In this document: positions 9,278 through 20,523 of the stretch, one piece after another
How positions within the stretch are numbered: position 1 is the first letter of the stretch
Layout: every line of letters starts with the position of its first letter
The notes under the pieces: generated by a model
Databases searched by the model: none
Seen by the model: only the letters and a program-made list of their open reading frames with translations
Told to the model about the DNA's origin: nothing
Position numbers and translations under genes: made by a program
Source of the DNA: Rhodothermales bacterium
Lineage (GTDB): Bacteria; Bacteroidota; Rhodothermia; Rhodothermales; JAHQVL01
NCBI GenBank assembly: GCA_041391505.1
Contig: JAWKNW010000002.1
Coordinates: forward strand, 166,897 to 230,896
DNA length: 64,000 bases
Direction of reading: 5' to 3'

Positions 9278-11455
9278 TTACCGCCGGAAGGCATCCGCCA
9301 GCCCGCCATCGACATTGATGATCTGGCCGGTGGTTTTGGCGAGCCGGTCGCTGGCCAGGAGGAAGATGGCCTCCGACTGGTCGGCCGGAGTGATGGCTTT
9401 TTTGGTCAGGGTGCGCTGGCTGTAGAAGCCCGCGAGCTTGTCGCGCAGCGCTTCGGTGGTCTCGCGGTCGCTCCATTCGATCCCGTATTTGATCAGGGAG
9501 GCGATGACGCGGTCGCGCGGAAACATGGCGCTGCCGGCGACGACCGTGGCCGGCGCGACGCCGTTGACGCGCACCAGCGGCGCCAGCTCGATCGCGAGCT
9601 CGCGGATCAGGTGGTCCGATGCGGCCTTGCTGGCGTCGTAGGCGATGCTGCCGCGCTTGGCGACGACGGCGTTGACGCTGGTGGTGATGACCATGCTGCC
9701 GGACAGCCCCTGCGCCCGCCAGATGCCGGCGGCTTCCTCGGCGGCGATATTCGGGCCCATCGTGTTGACGGCGAAGGTCTTGGCCCACAGCTCGTCCGGG
9801 ATCCGCCCCGACGCGTCGGGGGCGACGTACAGGCCGGCGGTAAAGATCACGAGGTCGATGCCGCCGTAGGCCAGCACCGTCTGCCGCAGCGCGGCGGCCA
9901 CCGAGGCGCGGTTGGTCGCGTCGGCGGCCACGCCGATCGCGTCGCCGCAGCCCGAGATGCCGGTGCCGGCCACGCCGATCCCGAGGCCGACGCGGTCCAG
10001 GATGTCCAGAGCGGTCTGTTCGGCGGCCGCCTGCTGCAGATCTACCGACGCCACGACGGCGCCCTCGGCCACGAGCCGGCCGGCGACTTCCTTCCCGATC
10101 CCGCTGCCGGCGCCGAAGACGACGGCGATCCGGCGCGACAGCTCCTTCTCGCGCGGCATCCGCTTCAGTTTGGCCTCCTCGAGCGCCCAGTACTCGATGT
10201 CGAACGCCTCCTGACGGGGCAGCGCCGTGTAACGGTCCACCGCCTCCGCCCCGCGCATGACCTCGACGGCGCACTTGTAGAACTCGGCCGTGACGCGGGA
10301 TTCGCTTTTGGTCTTGCCCCACGCGACCATGCCCAGGCCCGGGATGAGCACGACCGTCGGGCTGCCGCCGCGCATCGCCGGCGAATCGGGGCGTTTGCAG
10401 GCGTTGTAATAGGCCGCGTAGTCATTCTGGTAGGCGGCGATGCCGTCTACGAGTTTCTGCTTGAGCGCATCGACCGACTCGCTGGCGGGGTCCCAGTCGA
10501 TGTACATCGGCTTGATCTTGGTGCGCAGGAAGTGGTCCGGGCACGAGGTGCCGAGTTCGGCGAGGCGGGGGGCGCCGACGGCGTTGACAAAATCGAGCAC
10601 GGCCGGATCGGCCTCGACGGTGGCGATCATGCGGTGCTCCTGCGCGAGCCGGCCACGGAGCCACGGCAGCAGGCCGGCGAGGATCTCCTCGCGATCGGCA
10701 TCCGCCATCGGCTTGAATTTCGCGCCGCCGAACACCGCCTGGCCGTTGTCGCGCGCGGCGAGAAACGCCGCCGCCTTGTCGATCAGTTCGAGGCTGAGCA
10801 GGTAACACGCCTTGTCGTCGTCCGCCCAGTTGATGAGGCCGTGGCCGCCCAGCATGACGCCCCGTGCGCTCGGATGCGCGCGGCATACCTCCTGCAGGGT
10901 GAGCCCGAGTTCAAAACCGGGGCGCTGCCAGTCGACCCAGATCACGTCGTCGCCGTACACCTCGCGCGTGAGCGCCGGCCCGTTCTGGGCGGTCGCCAGC
11001 GCGATGCACGCCACCGGGTGGGTGTGGTCGACATGCTTGAACGGCACGAAGCTGTGCAGCGGCGTATCGATCGACGAGGCGCGGGGGTTCAGGTTGAACG
11101 TGCAATGGCGGTACATGTCCACCATGGCGTCTTCCGCCGGCGTTTTGGGGCCGCGGGGGGTCATGCCGGCGTACACGTCCTGGAGGGCAATCAGCCGATC
11201 CTGATACAGCGACGCAAAGTTTTCCCGCTTCGACGTGCGCAGGTCGCCGCCCGACCCTTTCACCCAAAGGACCTCGACCGTCTCGCCGGTCATGGGGTCC
11301 GTTTCGGCCAGTTTGGCGGAGGTATTGCCGCCGCCGGTGTTTGTGATCCGCCAATCTTGGCCGAGCAGGTTGGAGCGATAGACGAGGCGTTCGACAGGGT
11401 CGAGACGATTCGCAACGGCGTCGTCCCAGAGGTTTTGCACGTGTTTCAAGTTCAT
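9278..11455 (-). CDS. rhaEW: bifunctional rhamnulose-1-phosphate aldolase / short-chain dehydrogenase (lactaldehyde dehydrogenase type)
   Basis: From the ATG at 11455: MNLKHVQNLWDDAVANRLDPVERLVYRSNLLGQDWRITNTGGGNTSAKL (class II aldolase/adducin N-terminus). The C-terminal ~250 aa are an SDR (VVFGAGSGIGKEVA..., YDASKAA). Context is next to rhaB and rhaI. Confidence 0.8.
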   Translation of the reverse strand: MNLKHVQNLWDDAVANRLDPVERLVYRSNLLGQDWRITNTGGGNTSAKLAETDPMTGETVEVLWVKGSGGDLRTSKRENFASLYQDRLIALQDVYAGMTPRGPKTPAEDAMVDMYRHCTFNLNPRASSIDTPLHSFVPFKHVDHTHPVACIALATAQNGPALTREVYGDDVIWVDWQRPGFELGLTLQEVCRAHPSARGVMLGGHGLINWADDDKACYLLSLELIDKAAAFLAARDNGQAVFGGAKFKPMADADREEILAGLLPWLRGRLAQEHRMIATVEADPAVLDFVNAVGAPRLAELGTSCPDHFLRTKIKPMYIDWDPASESVDALKQKLVDGIAAYQNDYAAYYNACKRPDSPAMRGGSPTVVLIPGLGMVAWGKTKSESRVTAEFYKCAVEVMRGAEAVDRYTALPRQEAFDIEYWALEEAKLKRMPREKELSRRIAVVFGAGSGIGKEVAGRLVAEGAVVASVDLQQAAAEQTALDILDRVGLGIGVAGTGISGCGDAIGVAADATNRASVAAALRQTVLAYGGIDLVIFTAGLYVAPDASGRIPDELWAKTFAVNTMGPNIAAEEAAGIWRAQGLSGSMVITTSVNAVVAKRGSIAYDASKAASDHLIRELAIELAPLVRVNGVAPATVVAGSAMFPRDRVIASLIKYGIEWSDRETTEALRDKLAGFYSQRTLTKKAITPADQSEAIFLLASDRLAKTTGQIINVDGGLADAFRR

Positions 11456-11498
11456 ATCGTCTGAAGGGCGGACGGCCGTCCGCCCGTACGGGAGCAAG

Positions 11499-12962
11499 TC
11501 AGGATTTCGGGGAGCGGGCAGCCGTCTGCCCGTACGTGGCGAGGTCGGAGGACCGCGCAGCCGCTTCGTGGAGGCTGAGGTCCGCCGGCAGGTCGCCCAT
11601 GGCGCGCGCCTGGATGAGCAGGTTGCCCAGCGCGGTCGCCTCGGCGGGGCCGGCGACGACGCGCCGGCCACACGCAGCCGCGGTGCAGGCGCACAGCAAG
11701 TCGTTTTGCGATCCACCACCGAACAGATGAATCGTGTCGATAGTTTCGCCCAGCACGTCCTCCAGGTCGAGCAGCGCGCGCCGATAGCTGTCGGCGATGC
11801 TTTCCAGCACGATGCGGGCGAGGACGCCGCGCGAAGCCGGGTCGGGCAGGCCGCGTTCGGTCAGCCAGCCGCGCAGGCGCGCCTCCATGCCGCCCCGCGC
11901 CAGGAACCGGTCGTCCTCGAGCGTGATGAGCGCCGGCGCCGGTCCGGCCGCGCGGGCTTCCTCGATCAGCGCCGCCCAGCTCAGCGCCTGCCCCGCCTCG
12001 TTCCATTCGCGCATGCACTCCTGGAGCGACCAGAGTCCGGTCAGGTTTTTCAGGAATCGGATGGTGCCATCGACGCCGGCCTCATGCGTGTAGCCCGCAC
12101 GCCGGGCCGCTTCCGTCACGAGCGGCGCCGTCCGCTCGACGCCGAGGAGCGACCAGGTGCCGCAGCTGATGTAGGCCCAATGCCCGGATGCCGGCGTGGC
12201 GGGCGCGGCGGCGACGGCGCATCCGGTGTCGTGCGAACAGGTGGCCACGACCTGCACGCCCGGGTCCGCATGCAGGGGTCCGAGCACGGTCCCCGACGGG
12301 ACGATCTCCGTCCACTGCCGCGCGTCGAGCCCGAAGGCGTCCATCAGGGGCCGGGCCCATCGCGGACGGCCGGCCTCCATCATCTGGCTGGTGCTCGCGA
12401 TCGAGATTTCCGTCTTGAGAACACCGCAAAGCCGGTAGTGGAGATAATCCGCCAGAAACGCGTGCCGATGCACGCGGCGCAGCGCCTCGGGATCGGAGGC
12501 CTGATCGGCCAGCACCTGGTAGAGGGTATTGAAGGGCAAAAACTGGATGCCCGTCTGCCGGTAGATCTCCGCCGCCGGCACGACCCCGAAGGCGCGATCC
12601 ATCATCCCGTGGGTGCGCGTGTCGCGGTAGCAGAACGGCCGGCGCAGCGGCCGGTCGTCCGCATCCAGCGGCACATAATCCACGCCCCAGGCATCGACGG
12701 AGACCGAGCGCAGCGCATCGGTGGCGTCCCGCGCGGTGCGGAAGCCGGCTTCGAGTTCGCGTTCGATGGTATCCAGATCCCAGTACAGCCGCTCGCCTTC
12801 CTCGACGATCGGCGTGACAAACCGGTGCACCTCTTCCAGATGCATCCGCTCCCCGTCCCAGATACCCAGCAGGGCCCGACTGCTCGACGCGCCGAGGTCG
12901 AATGCGAGATAGGCGGGGAGCGCGCGTTTCGAGGAGACGGACGAAAGGGCCTGAGGCATCAT
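11499..12962 (-). CDS. rhaB: rhamnulokinase (FGGY carbohydrate kinase)
   Basis: 487 aa with AFDLGASSSRALLG, WGVDYVPLD and HLFGGGSQNDLL, which are FGGY motifs. It sits between rhaI and the aldolase. Confidence 0.8.
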   Translation of the reverse strand: MMPQALSSVSSKRALPAYLAFDLGASSSRALLGIWDGERMHLEEVHRFVTPIVEEGERLYWDLDTIERELEAGFRTARDATDALRSVSVDAWGVDYVPLDADDRPLRRPFCYRDTRTHGMMDRAFGVVPAAEIYRQTGIQFLPFNTLYQVLADQASDPEALRRVHRHAFLADYLHYRLCGVLKTEISIASTSQMMEAGRPRWARPLMDAFGLDARQWTEIVPSGTVLGPLHADPGVQVVATCSHDTGCAVAAAPATPASGHWAYISCGTWSLLGVERTAPLVTEAARRAGYTHEAGVDGTIRFLKNLTGLWSLQECMREWNEAGQALSWAALIEEARAAGPAPALITLEDDRFLARGGMEARLRGWLTERGLPDPASRGVLARIVLESIADSYRRALLDLEDVLGETIDTIHLFGGGSQNDLLCACTAAACGRRVVAGPAEATALGNLLIQARAMGDLPADLSLHEAAARSSDLATYGQTAARSPKS

Positions 12963-12996
12963 GATCGGGCGCTACGCGGCATGCATCCTCACGCCG

Positions 12997-14280
12997 TCAC
13001 AGACTCTGGGGCGGCACATAGGCCGCGCTGTGACGCGATTCCGCGACCGCCTCACGGTACCCGGAATGCCGGAAGGCGAGCAGCGGATCGATGGCTCCGC
13101 CGGCGCGCCGGCGCGCCTCGGCGATCAGCGGGCGCACATCCGTTTCGAACGCGGTCTTCAGCGTCATTTCGGCCATCAGGACGTCGTTGGCGTCCTGATA
13201 GGCCGCCAGCGCCTCGCGGTCCACGAGGAGCGCCTTGGCATAGGCGCGCTGGAGCTCCTGCACGCTCTGCAGGAGCGCCTCGATCGGATCCTTGAGGTTG
13301 TGGCTCTGGTCGAGCATGTACGCCGGCCGGAAGTTCGGCACCCGGTCGTGCGCCGCATCCACGAGTTCGTTGAAGACCAGGAAGAGCTGGTAGGGCCGGA
13401 TGGAGCCCGTCGTCAGGTCGTCGTCGCCGTACTTGGAGTCGTTGAAGTGGAAGCCGCCCAGCTTGCCGGCCCCGATCAGCCGCGCGACGATCTGCTCGAT
13501 GTTCGCATTGGGCAGATGGTGCCCCAGATCCACCAGACAGAACGCCCGCTCGCCGAGCGCCGACGCGAGGAGGTAGGACGAACCCCAGTCCTGCACGACG
13601 GTCGAATAAAAAGCCGGCTCGTAGGGTTTGTGTTCGGTAAAGATCCGCCAGTCGGCGGGAAGGTGTGCGTAGATCGCGTGGAGGCTGGTGAGCGTGCGGT
13701 CGAAGCTCTTCCGGAGGCTCGATTGCCCCGGGAAGTTGCTCCCGTCGGCCAGCCAGACGGTGATCGCGTCCGACCCCAGCGTCTTGCCGACGTCGATGAC
13801 GTGCAGGTGATGATCGATCGCCTGGCGGCGGACGTCGGCGCTCGTGTGGCAGAGCGAGCCGAACTTGTAGCTGTGTTCCTGGCCGGCCTGATCCTGGAAG
13901 GTGTTCGAGTTCACCGCGTCGAAGCCCAGCCCGAGCGCGTCGGCGTGGGCCTTGAGGGCCGCCGGGTCCTCCGGCTCGTCCCACGGGATGTGGAGCGACA
14001 CCTTCGAGCAGGATCGCATCAGCTGGTGGATCAGCGCGATGTCCTCCATCTTCTCGTAGATGTCGCGCGGCTCGCCGATGCCGGGAAAGCGGCCGAAGCG
14101 CGTGCCGCCGGTGCCGAGCGCCCACGACGGGATCGCGACCTCGAAGTGTTGTACCGCCTCGATGATGGCGTCCAGGCTCACGCCCTGGCGCGCGAGTTGG
14201 TCGCCGAGATACCGGATGTCGGCATCATGGCCGACCTGCAGGCCGGCGTTCTGCCGCGCAATAAAATCTGCATGCAACAT
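12997..14280 (-). CDS. rhaI: L-rhamnose isomerase (Pseudomonas stutzeri / actinobacterial type, xylose-isomerase-like TIM barrel)
   Basis: 427 aa. From memory there are long matches to P. stutzeri L-RhI: PSWALGTGGTRFGRFPGIGEPR, SLHIPWD, GKLGGFHFNDSKYGDDDL, LFLVFNELVDA. Confidence 0.85.
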   Translation of the reverse strand: MLHADFIARQNAGLQVGHDADIRYLGDQLARQGVSLDAIIEAVQHFEVAIPSWALGTGGTRFGRFPGIGEPRDIYEKMEDIALIHQLMRSCSKVSLHIPWDEPEDPAALKAHADALGLGFDAVNSNTFQDQAGQEHSYKFGSLCHTSADVRRQAIDHHLHVIDVGKTLGSDAITVWLADGSNFPGQSSLRKSFDRTLTSLHAIYAHLPADWRIFTEHKPYEPAFYSTVVQDWGSSYLLASALGERAFCLVDLGHHLPNANIEQIVARLIGAGKLGGFHFNDSKYGDDDLTTGSIRPYQLFLVFNELVDAAHDRVPNFRPAYMLDQSHNLKDPIEALLQSVQELQRAYAKALLVDREALAAYQDANDVLMAEMTLKTAFETDVRPLIAEARRRAGGAIDPLLAFRHSGYREAVAESRHSAAYVPPQSL

Positions 14281-14283
14281 GGG

Positions 14284-14457
14284 TCACCCCTTTTTCTCAG
14301 TCATCCAGATCGGCGCGCTGCCAAACCAGAGCACCGTGCCGATCAGCATCAGGGTCGTGTGCTGCTCGATGGACATCGAGCCGCCGAAGACGAGGAACGC
14401 CGGCACGACCGTCAACCCGAGCCCGACCGCCGATACGATTTTTGCTATGCCTTTCAT
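14284..14457 (-). CDS. small (57 aa) two-TM membrane protein, translationally coupled to the upstream permease
   Basis: MKGIAKIVSAVGLGLTVVPAFLVFGGSMSIEQHTTLMLIGTVLWFGSAPIWMTEKKG. The ATG at 14457 overlaps the permease stop (ATGA), and the gene ends 4 nt before the rhaI start. Confidence 0.5.
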   Translation of the reverse strand: MKGIAKIVSAVGLGLTVVPAFLVFGGSMSIEQHTTLMLIGTVLWFGSAPIWMTEKKG

Positions 14458-15848
14458 ACCGTTTGTTGGATCGTGTTGTTCGATGTACGCTTCTGCTGCA
14501 CCCGGCTCAGGCCGATGTAGATGATCGTGGCGATAAACCACCCCGGCAGGCCCTTGAAGAAGATCTCGATCGGGAGCAGGAAGCAGATGAGCAGGGTGAC
14601 GCCCCAGCTGAGCGCTGCCGGCCAGCTGAACGAGAGCCCTTTCCATTCCGCGAAGTTGGACTGCAACCCGAGCCAGGGCAGGAGCCAGAAGTCGGCGAAG
14701 ATGACCGCGCCCATCGGCATGAGGAGCAGGCCGTAGAGGGCGACGAAGTCGAGCAGTTGCATCATCAGCGCCGGGAACAGCGCCGCGATGGTGGTGATGC
14801 CGCCGACCGCGAGCGTGACCTTCCACCGCTCCCAGTTCGGCGAGATCGTCTGAAGCGCGAGGCCAGCCCGGTAGATGGTCGGGTTCGCCGTCGTCCACCC
14901 GGCGATGATGACGCAGATCGCGCCGGCGATGCCGGCGCCGAGGAACGCGATCGGACCGGGGGTGATCTCGCTGCCGTTCTGAATCGCGAGGGCGACCAGG
15001 ATGCCCGACGCGATCCACGCGACGTAGTGGCCCAGGTACATGCCGAACGCGCTGAAGAATCCGTATTTCCAGGATTTGGCGTACCGGAGCAGCGTCATGT
15101 CCGCCATGCCGATGTGCATGGCCATGTTGGCGAACCAGGCGAAGAACATCACATGCCAGAACGTGAAGTGCACGCGGCCTTCCTGCGGCACGCCCGTCCA
15201 GATCTTGGTCTGCGCCACCTGCCAGAATTCGCCCGGGGAATGCACGCCGAGCTGCGGGAGCACCGCCACGCCGGCGGCGACGAAGACGAGAAACATCCAG
15301 GGGGCGGCGATCTTCGAGAAGGTGGCGATTTTTTCAAACCCCAGGATCGCCAGCGCCGTCACGACCGTTCCCACCAGCAGCACGACGACGACCCAGCCGG
15401 CCGAGTTGGGGTAGACGTCGGTCAGGCTCGGCATGTCCATCCCGAACGGCAGCCCGACGGCCGTCGCGGCCACCGAAATCATCGACCCCGCCAGGAAGCA
15501 AAACATCAGCGCATTCACGATGTTGTAGGCGAAGAGCAGATACGGGCCGGCAATCTTGCGCAGCTGCCAGTACAGATTCAGCCGGGTGCGCGTGGCGATG
15601 GGCGCCGTGATGAAGGCCCAGCTGAGCACGGCGAGCAGGTTGCCCACCAGCAGGCCGAGAAAGAGGTCGCCGGCGGCCACCCCGTGCGCGACAAACAGGG
15701 GGCCGATGACGAATTCCGTGCCGGCCACATGCTCCCCGGCATAAATGCCGATAAAACTGGATGCGCCCTGGAGACGGCCTTCGGATACCGGCTCGCGGTC
15801 GAATTCGTAGAGCGCGTCGAGCCGCTCGGCGACGGAGGATGTAGCCAT
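14454..15848 (-). CDS. APC-superfamily permease (NCS1 / cytosine-permease-like), candidate sugar transporter of the rhamnose cluster
   Basis: About 12 TM segments. The N-terminus reads MATSSVAERLDALYEFDREPVSEGRLQGASSFIGIYAGEHVAGTEFVIGPLF. I prefer the ATG at 15848 over the TTG at 15878. It is the first gene of the minus-strand array. Confidence 0.55.
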   Translation of the reverse strand: MATSSVAERLDALYEFDREPVSEGRLQGASSFIGIYAGEHVAGTEFVIGPLFVAHGVAAGDLFLGLLVGNLLAVLSWAFITAPIATRTRLNLYWQLRKIAGPYLLFAYNIVNALMFCFLAGSMISVAATAVGLPFGMDMPSLTDVYPNSAGWVVVVLLVGTVVTALAILGFEKIATFSKIAAPWMFLVFVAAGVAVLPQLGVHSPGEFWQVAQTKIWTGVPQEGRVHFTFWHVMFFAWFANMAMHIGMADMTLLRYAKSWKYGFFSAFGMYLGHYVAWIASGILVALAIQNGSEITPGPIAFLGAGIAGAICVIIAGWTTANPTIYRAGLALQTISPNWERWKVTLAVGGITTIAALFPALMMQLLDFVALYGLLLMPMGAVIFADFWLLPWLGLQSNFAEWKGLSFSWPAALSWGVTLLICFLLPIEIFFKGLPGWFIATIIYIGLSRVQQKRTSNNTIQQTV

Positions 15849-16226
15849 TCGAATACAGATTGCTCCTGATGAGGACAACGAGGAAACCGGTGGGCGCCGG
15901 CTCTGGTGGGTCAGTCGAACATAAATGATAGATTGGTGATTGCCAAGAACCGGAGGCCGTGAGGATCAAACTTGACGGAATGGGCGCGTAGCCTGCGGAA
16001 ACGTGTCTGAACGGTCGATACCCGGTACTGGATGGGGCGAGTTTGGCATTGTATTGGGACTTTCAGACCGCCACCGGATGTGAAGTGTCTGAAAAAATTG
16101 AATGGAGACGGTACATTTTTCATCCGTCAGGTGTCTAGTTCGTTACATGAACGTACCAACCTGTCGCCGCAGACCCAAAGGGTTTTCAAAACCCTTCGGG
16201 TCTCGGGCAGGCAGCCCGAAAACTCG

Positions 16227-16907
16227 ATGAAACGACTTCGCAACTTCTTCCTCACCGGCCTGCTCACCCTGTTGCCGATGTGGCTCGTTTGGATCGTGTT
16301 CAAGTTCGTCTTCGGCGTCCTGTCCGACGTGAGCAAGCCGCTCGTGGAGCCGATCCTCAACGTGATCGCGGAGTCTCACCCCGACCTGTTCTCCTGGCTC
16401 AACGAACCCGCCATCATGACCCTGGTCGCCCTGTTCGGGACGATCCTGCTCATCCTCTTCGTCGGCGCCCTGGCCCGCCGCGTCATCGGGCAGCGCCTCA
16501 TCGCCCTCTTCGAGAAGTTCATCACGCGCATCCCGCTCGTCAACACCATCTACGGCTCCACGCGCCAGCTGCTCGACCTGCTCCAGACCAAACCCGGCAG
16601 CACCCAGCGCGTCGTACTCATCGATTTCCCGCACTCGGAGATGAAATCGGTCGGCCTCGTCACCCGAACCCTGCGCGACAAGCACACAGGCCGCGAACTG
16701 GCCGCGGTGTATGTGCCTACCACCCCCAACCCGACCTCGGGCTATCTCGAGGTCGTTCCCGTCGAGCTGCTTACGCCGACGGACTGGACGGTGGACGAGG
16801 CGATGGCCTTCATCATCTCGGGCGGCGCCGTGAGTCGCAAGGAGATCCCGTTCTCGCGCAAGGATTCGCACCGCAAGGAAGAGGAGCCGGTCGCCTCGGC
16901 CGCCTGA
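16227..16907 (+). CDS. DUF502 family membrane protein
   Basis: From the ATG at 16227: MKRLRNFFLTGLLTLLPMWLVWIVF...ITRIPLVNTIYGSTRQLLD...VYVPTTPNPTSGYLEVVP, the characteristic DUF502 pattern. Confidence 0.7.
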   Translation: MKRLRNFFLTGLLTLLPMWLVWIVFKFVFGVLSDVSKPLVEPILNVIAESHPDLFSWLNEPAIMTLVALFGTILLILFVGALARRVIGQRLIALFEKFITRIPLVNTIYGSTRQLLDLLQTKPGSTQRVVLIDFPHSEMKSVGLVTRTLRDKHTGRELAAVYVPTTPNPTSGYLEVVPVELLTPTDWTVDEAMAFIISGGAVSRKEIPFSRKDSHRKEEEPVASAA

Positions 16908-16914
16908 CGCCGGC

Positions 16915-17718
16915 TCACTCGCCGGCCGGCACGTGCGCCACGATGCGCAGCGGCCCGCCGCTGCCACCCTTGATCTTCATCGGCAGCGCCACGACAAACG
17001 CCCCGACCTCCGGCAGCTGATCCAGGTTCGCCACATTCTCAAAGGCGGCCACATTCTCCGCAAACAGCGTCTGATGCGTCTCAAAAAGCGTCGATTGCCC
17101 GAAATCGATGCTCGGCGTATCGATGCCCACGGCGTGGATGTACCGGTTGGCGAGGAGCCAGCGCGCCGTCTCGGGATGGATGCCGGGGAAGTGCAGGTTC
17201 GCCACGCCCTCCGCCCCGCGAAGGGTCGTGCCCATGTACTGCTGCGCATCCGGCCAGTACCGGCCGTACCCGGTGCGGAACAGGAGGATGGCCTTATCGG
17301 GCAGCTGGCCATGGCGCGCCTCCCACGCCGTCACGTCGTCCACCCCGATCTGGTAGTCGCGGTCCGCCAGCGCCTTGTCCGACACGTCGATCACAAACGC
17401 CGGCCCGATCGTGTGCTTGAGCGGGATCTGCTCGGTAGACTGCTTGCCCTCCGCAAAATGCACCGGGGCGTCGAGGTGCGTCCCGCCGTGTTCGGCAGTC
17501 GAGATCGCGAACGCCGAATAATAAAAACCGGCCTCCGTCACCCCGGCGCTGACGGTGTCGATGCGAAAGGGTTCGGCCGTCGGCCAGTACAGTGTTTCGT
17601 CCGAGAAGGCGTATGAAAGATCGATCCACTCGCCGGCGAAGGGATCGGAAGGCGCCGGGGGCTGGCAGCCGGCCGCGAGGACCAGCACCACCAGCGAGGC
17701 GATTGCGTTGCGTAGCAT
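16915..17718 (-). CDS. cyclase family protein (kynurenine formamidase-like), lipoprotein
   Basis: MLRNAIASLVVLVLAAGCQ signal peptide and the HGGTHLDAPVHF metal-binding motif of the putative cyclase family. Confidence 0.75.
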   Translation of the reverse strand: MLRNAIASLVVLVLAAGCQPPAPSDPFAGEWIDLSYAFSDETLYWPTAEPFRIDTVSAGVTEAGFYYSAFAISTAEHGGTHLDAPVHFAEGKQSTEQIPLKHTIGPAFVIDVSDKALADRDYQIGVDDVTAWEARHGQLPDKAILLFRTGYGRYWPDAQQYMGTTLRGAEGVANLHFPGIHPETARWLLANRYIHAVGIDTPSIDFGQSTLFETHQTLFAENVAAFENVANLDQLPEVGAFVVALPMKIKGGSGGPLRIVAHVPAGE

Positions 17719-17959
17719 AACGGTCAGAGGCGGAAGGATAGGGGCGGTCAGGGCGGCAAGGTACGCCATTTTACCGGAATGCACGCATTACGCACGCGCC
17801 GGCCAGGGGAATCGCATTCTTGCCGTGGCCATGAGGAGCGTATGGGAATTTGGGTGCATGGGGGCATTTTTACCGCAAAACCTCCCATACCCCCATACTC
17901 CCAGACCGGGAGATGCTCACGTTTGAAGAGCATGCGATGGCCCTGACGCGCCGGCGCAC

Positions 17960-19558
<1,599 letters not shown>

Positions 19559-19784
19559 GAATCAACGAAGACCGGACGACCCATGCAACCGCCGCGGGGG
19601 CGCAGACGGGCGCTCCGGAGACCGTGTGACCGGGAGAGGCGAATCGACCTGCTCAGACCGCGTGGCCCCGGCGACGCGATCGACGTACGCAAAATCAGGA
19701 CCCCGGCCATAATACAACGCCATAAAAAAAGCGAGCAGACACGGGATGTGCCTGCTCGCTTCGCTATCGAACAATGTCCGGAAC

Positions 19785-20084
19785 TCAGTGGGCCAGGGTC
19801 GCCTGGGGGCGACTGCGCTTCGCGAGGTCGTCCAACGCTTGCTGATTCACCCGCACGCGAGTGGCGGCTTCGTGGAGCGCGGTCTCCGCGGCGAGAAAAC
19901 GCTCGGTGACCGAACGCACCGTGGCGCGCGGAGCGCGGCCGTAAATGTAGTTGATACTTACTTGTTCGGTCTGTGTCTTGAGTGTTTCATACCGGCGCCG
20001 GGCCGCTTCCAGCGCGCCGATGGAGGCATCGCGCATCGCGATGATCTGATTCCGGAGATGGGAATGCTGATCGGTTTTAATCAT
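19785..20084 (-). CDS. hypothetical 99-aa protein (helical)
   Basis: ATG preceded by AGGA about 7 nt upstream. I recognised no family. Confidence 0.4.
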   Translation of the reverse strand: MIKTDQHSHLRNQIIAMRDASIGALEAARRRYETLKTQTEQVSINYIYGRAPRATVRSVTERFLAAETALHEAATRVRVNQQALDDLAKRSRPQATLAH

Positions 20085-20437
20085 GCTCGTTCCTGTAAGA
20101 GGTGTGGGGGGGATACCTGACAGTGATCGCTACAGAGCCCCTACGGATAAGCGGAATGGCTTCGATGAGCCGACAGGCTACTTAAGAGGGCGGTAAAATG
20201 GACTACAAATCAGGTGCCAACTACCGGCAGGCGTATGGAAGGCGGGCAGGCCCGAACCCCGTGCCGTGAAACGAACAAACCGTGCAAAAATTATTTTATT
20301 TACTGTAAGCGCTTTTTTGATTTCAATTCCGACGGACACCCGCCGATCCCCTGTCCTTATTAATACAATTATTGCGTTTTCTATTCAAAACACCTACTAT
20401 TCGTATGTCTTAGCTATGCGGGTTTAAATACTCCAGG

Positions 20438-20480
20438 AAAGCCCGACCTGTCCCCAGCAGGTCGGGTTTTCTTTGTTTGA
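20438..20480 (+). terminator. intrinsic-terminator-like hairpin (plus-strand orientation)
   Basis: cccgacctg (20442-50), 7-nt loop, caggtcggg (20458-66), then ttttctttgttt. No annotated plus-strand gene lies upstream. Confidence 0.4.
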
Positions 20481-20523
20481 GACTCGCGCGATCCGGTCTC
20501 GCGCAGGGCGAACGAGTACGTCC

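Noticed and set aside
20100-20470. tmRNA or another housekeeping RNA in the AT-rich gap
   Set aside because: There is no tRNA-like 3-prime end (no T-arm or ...CCACCA), no recognisable tag reading frame, and no RNase P or SRP conserved motifs.
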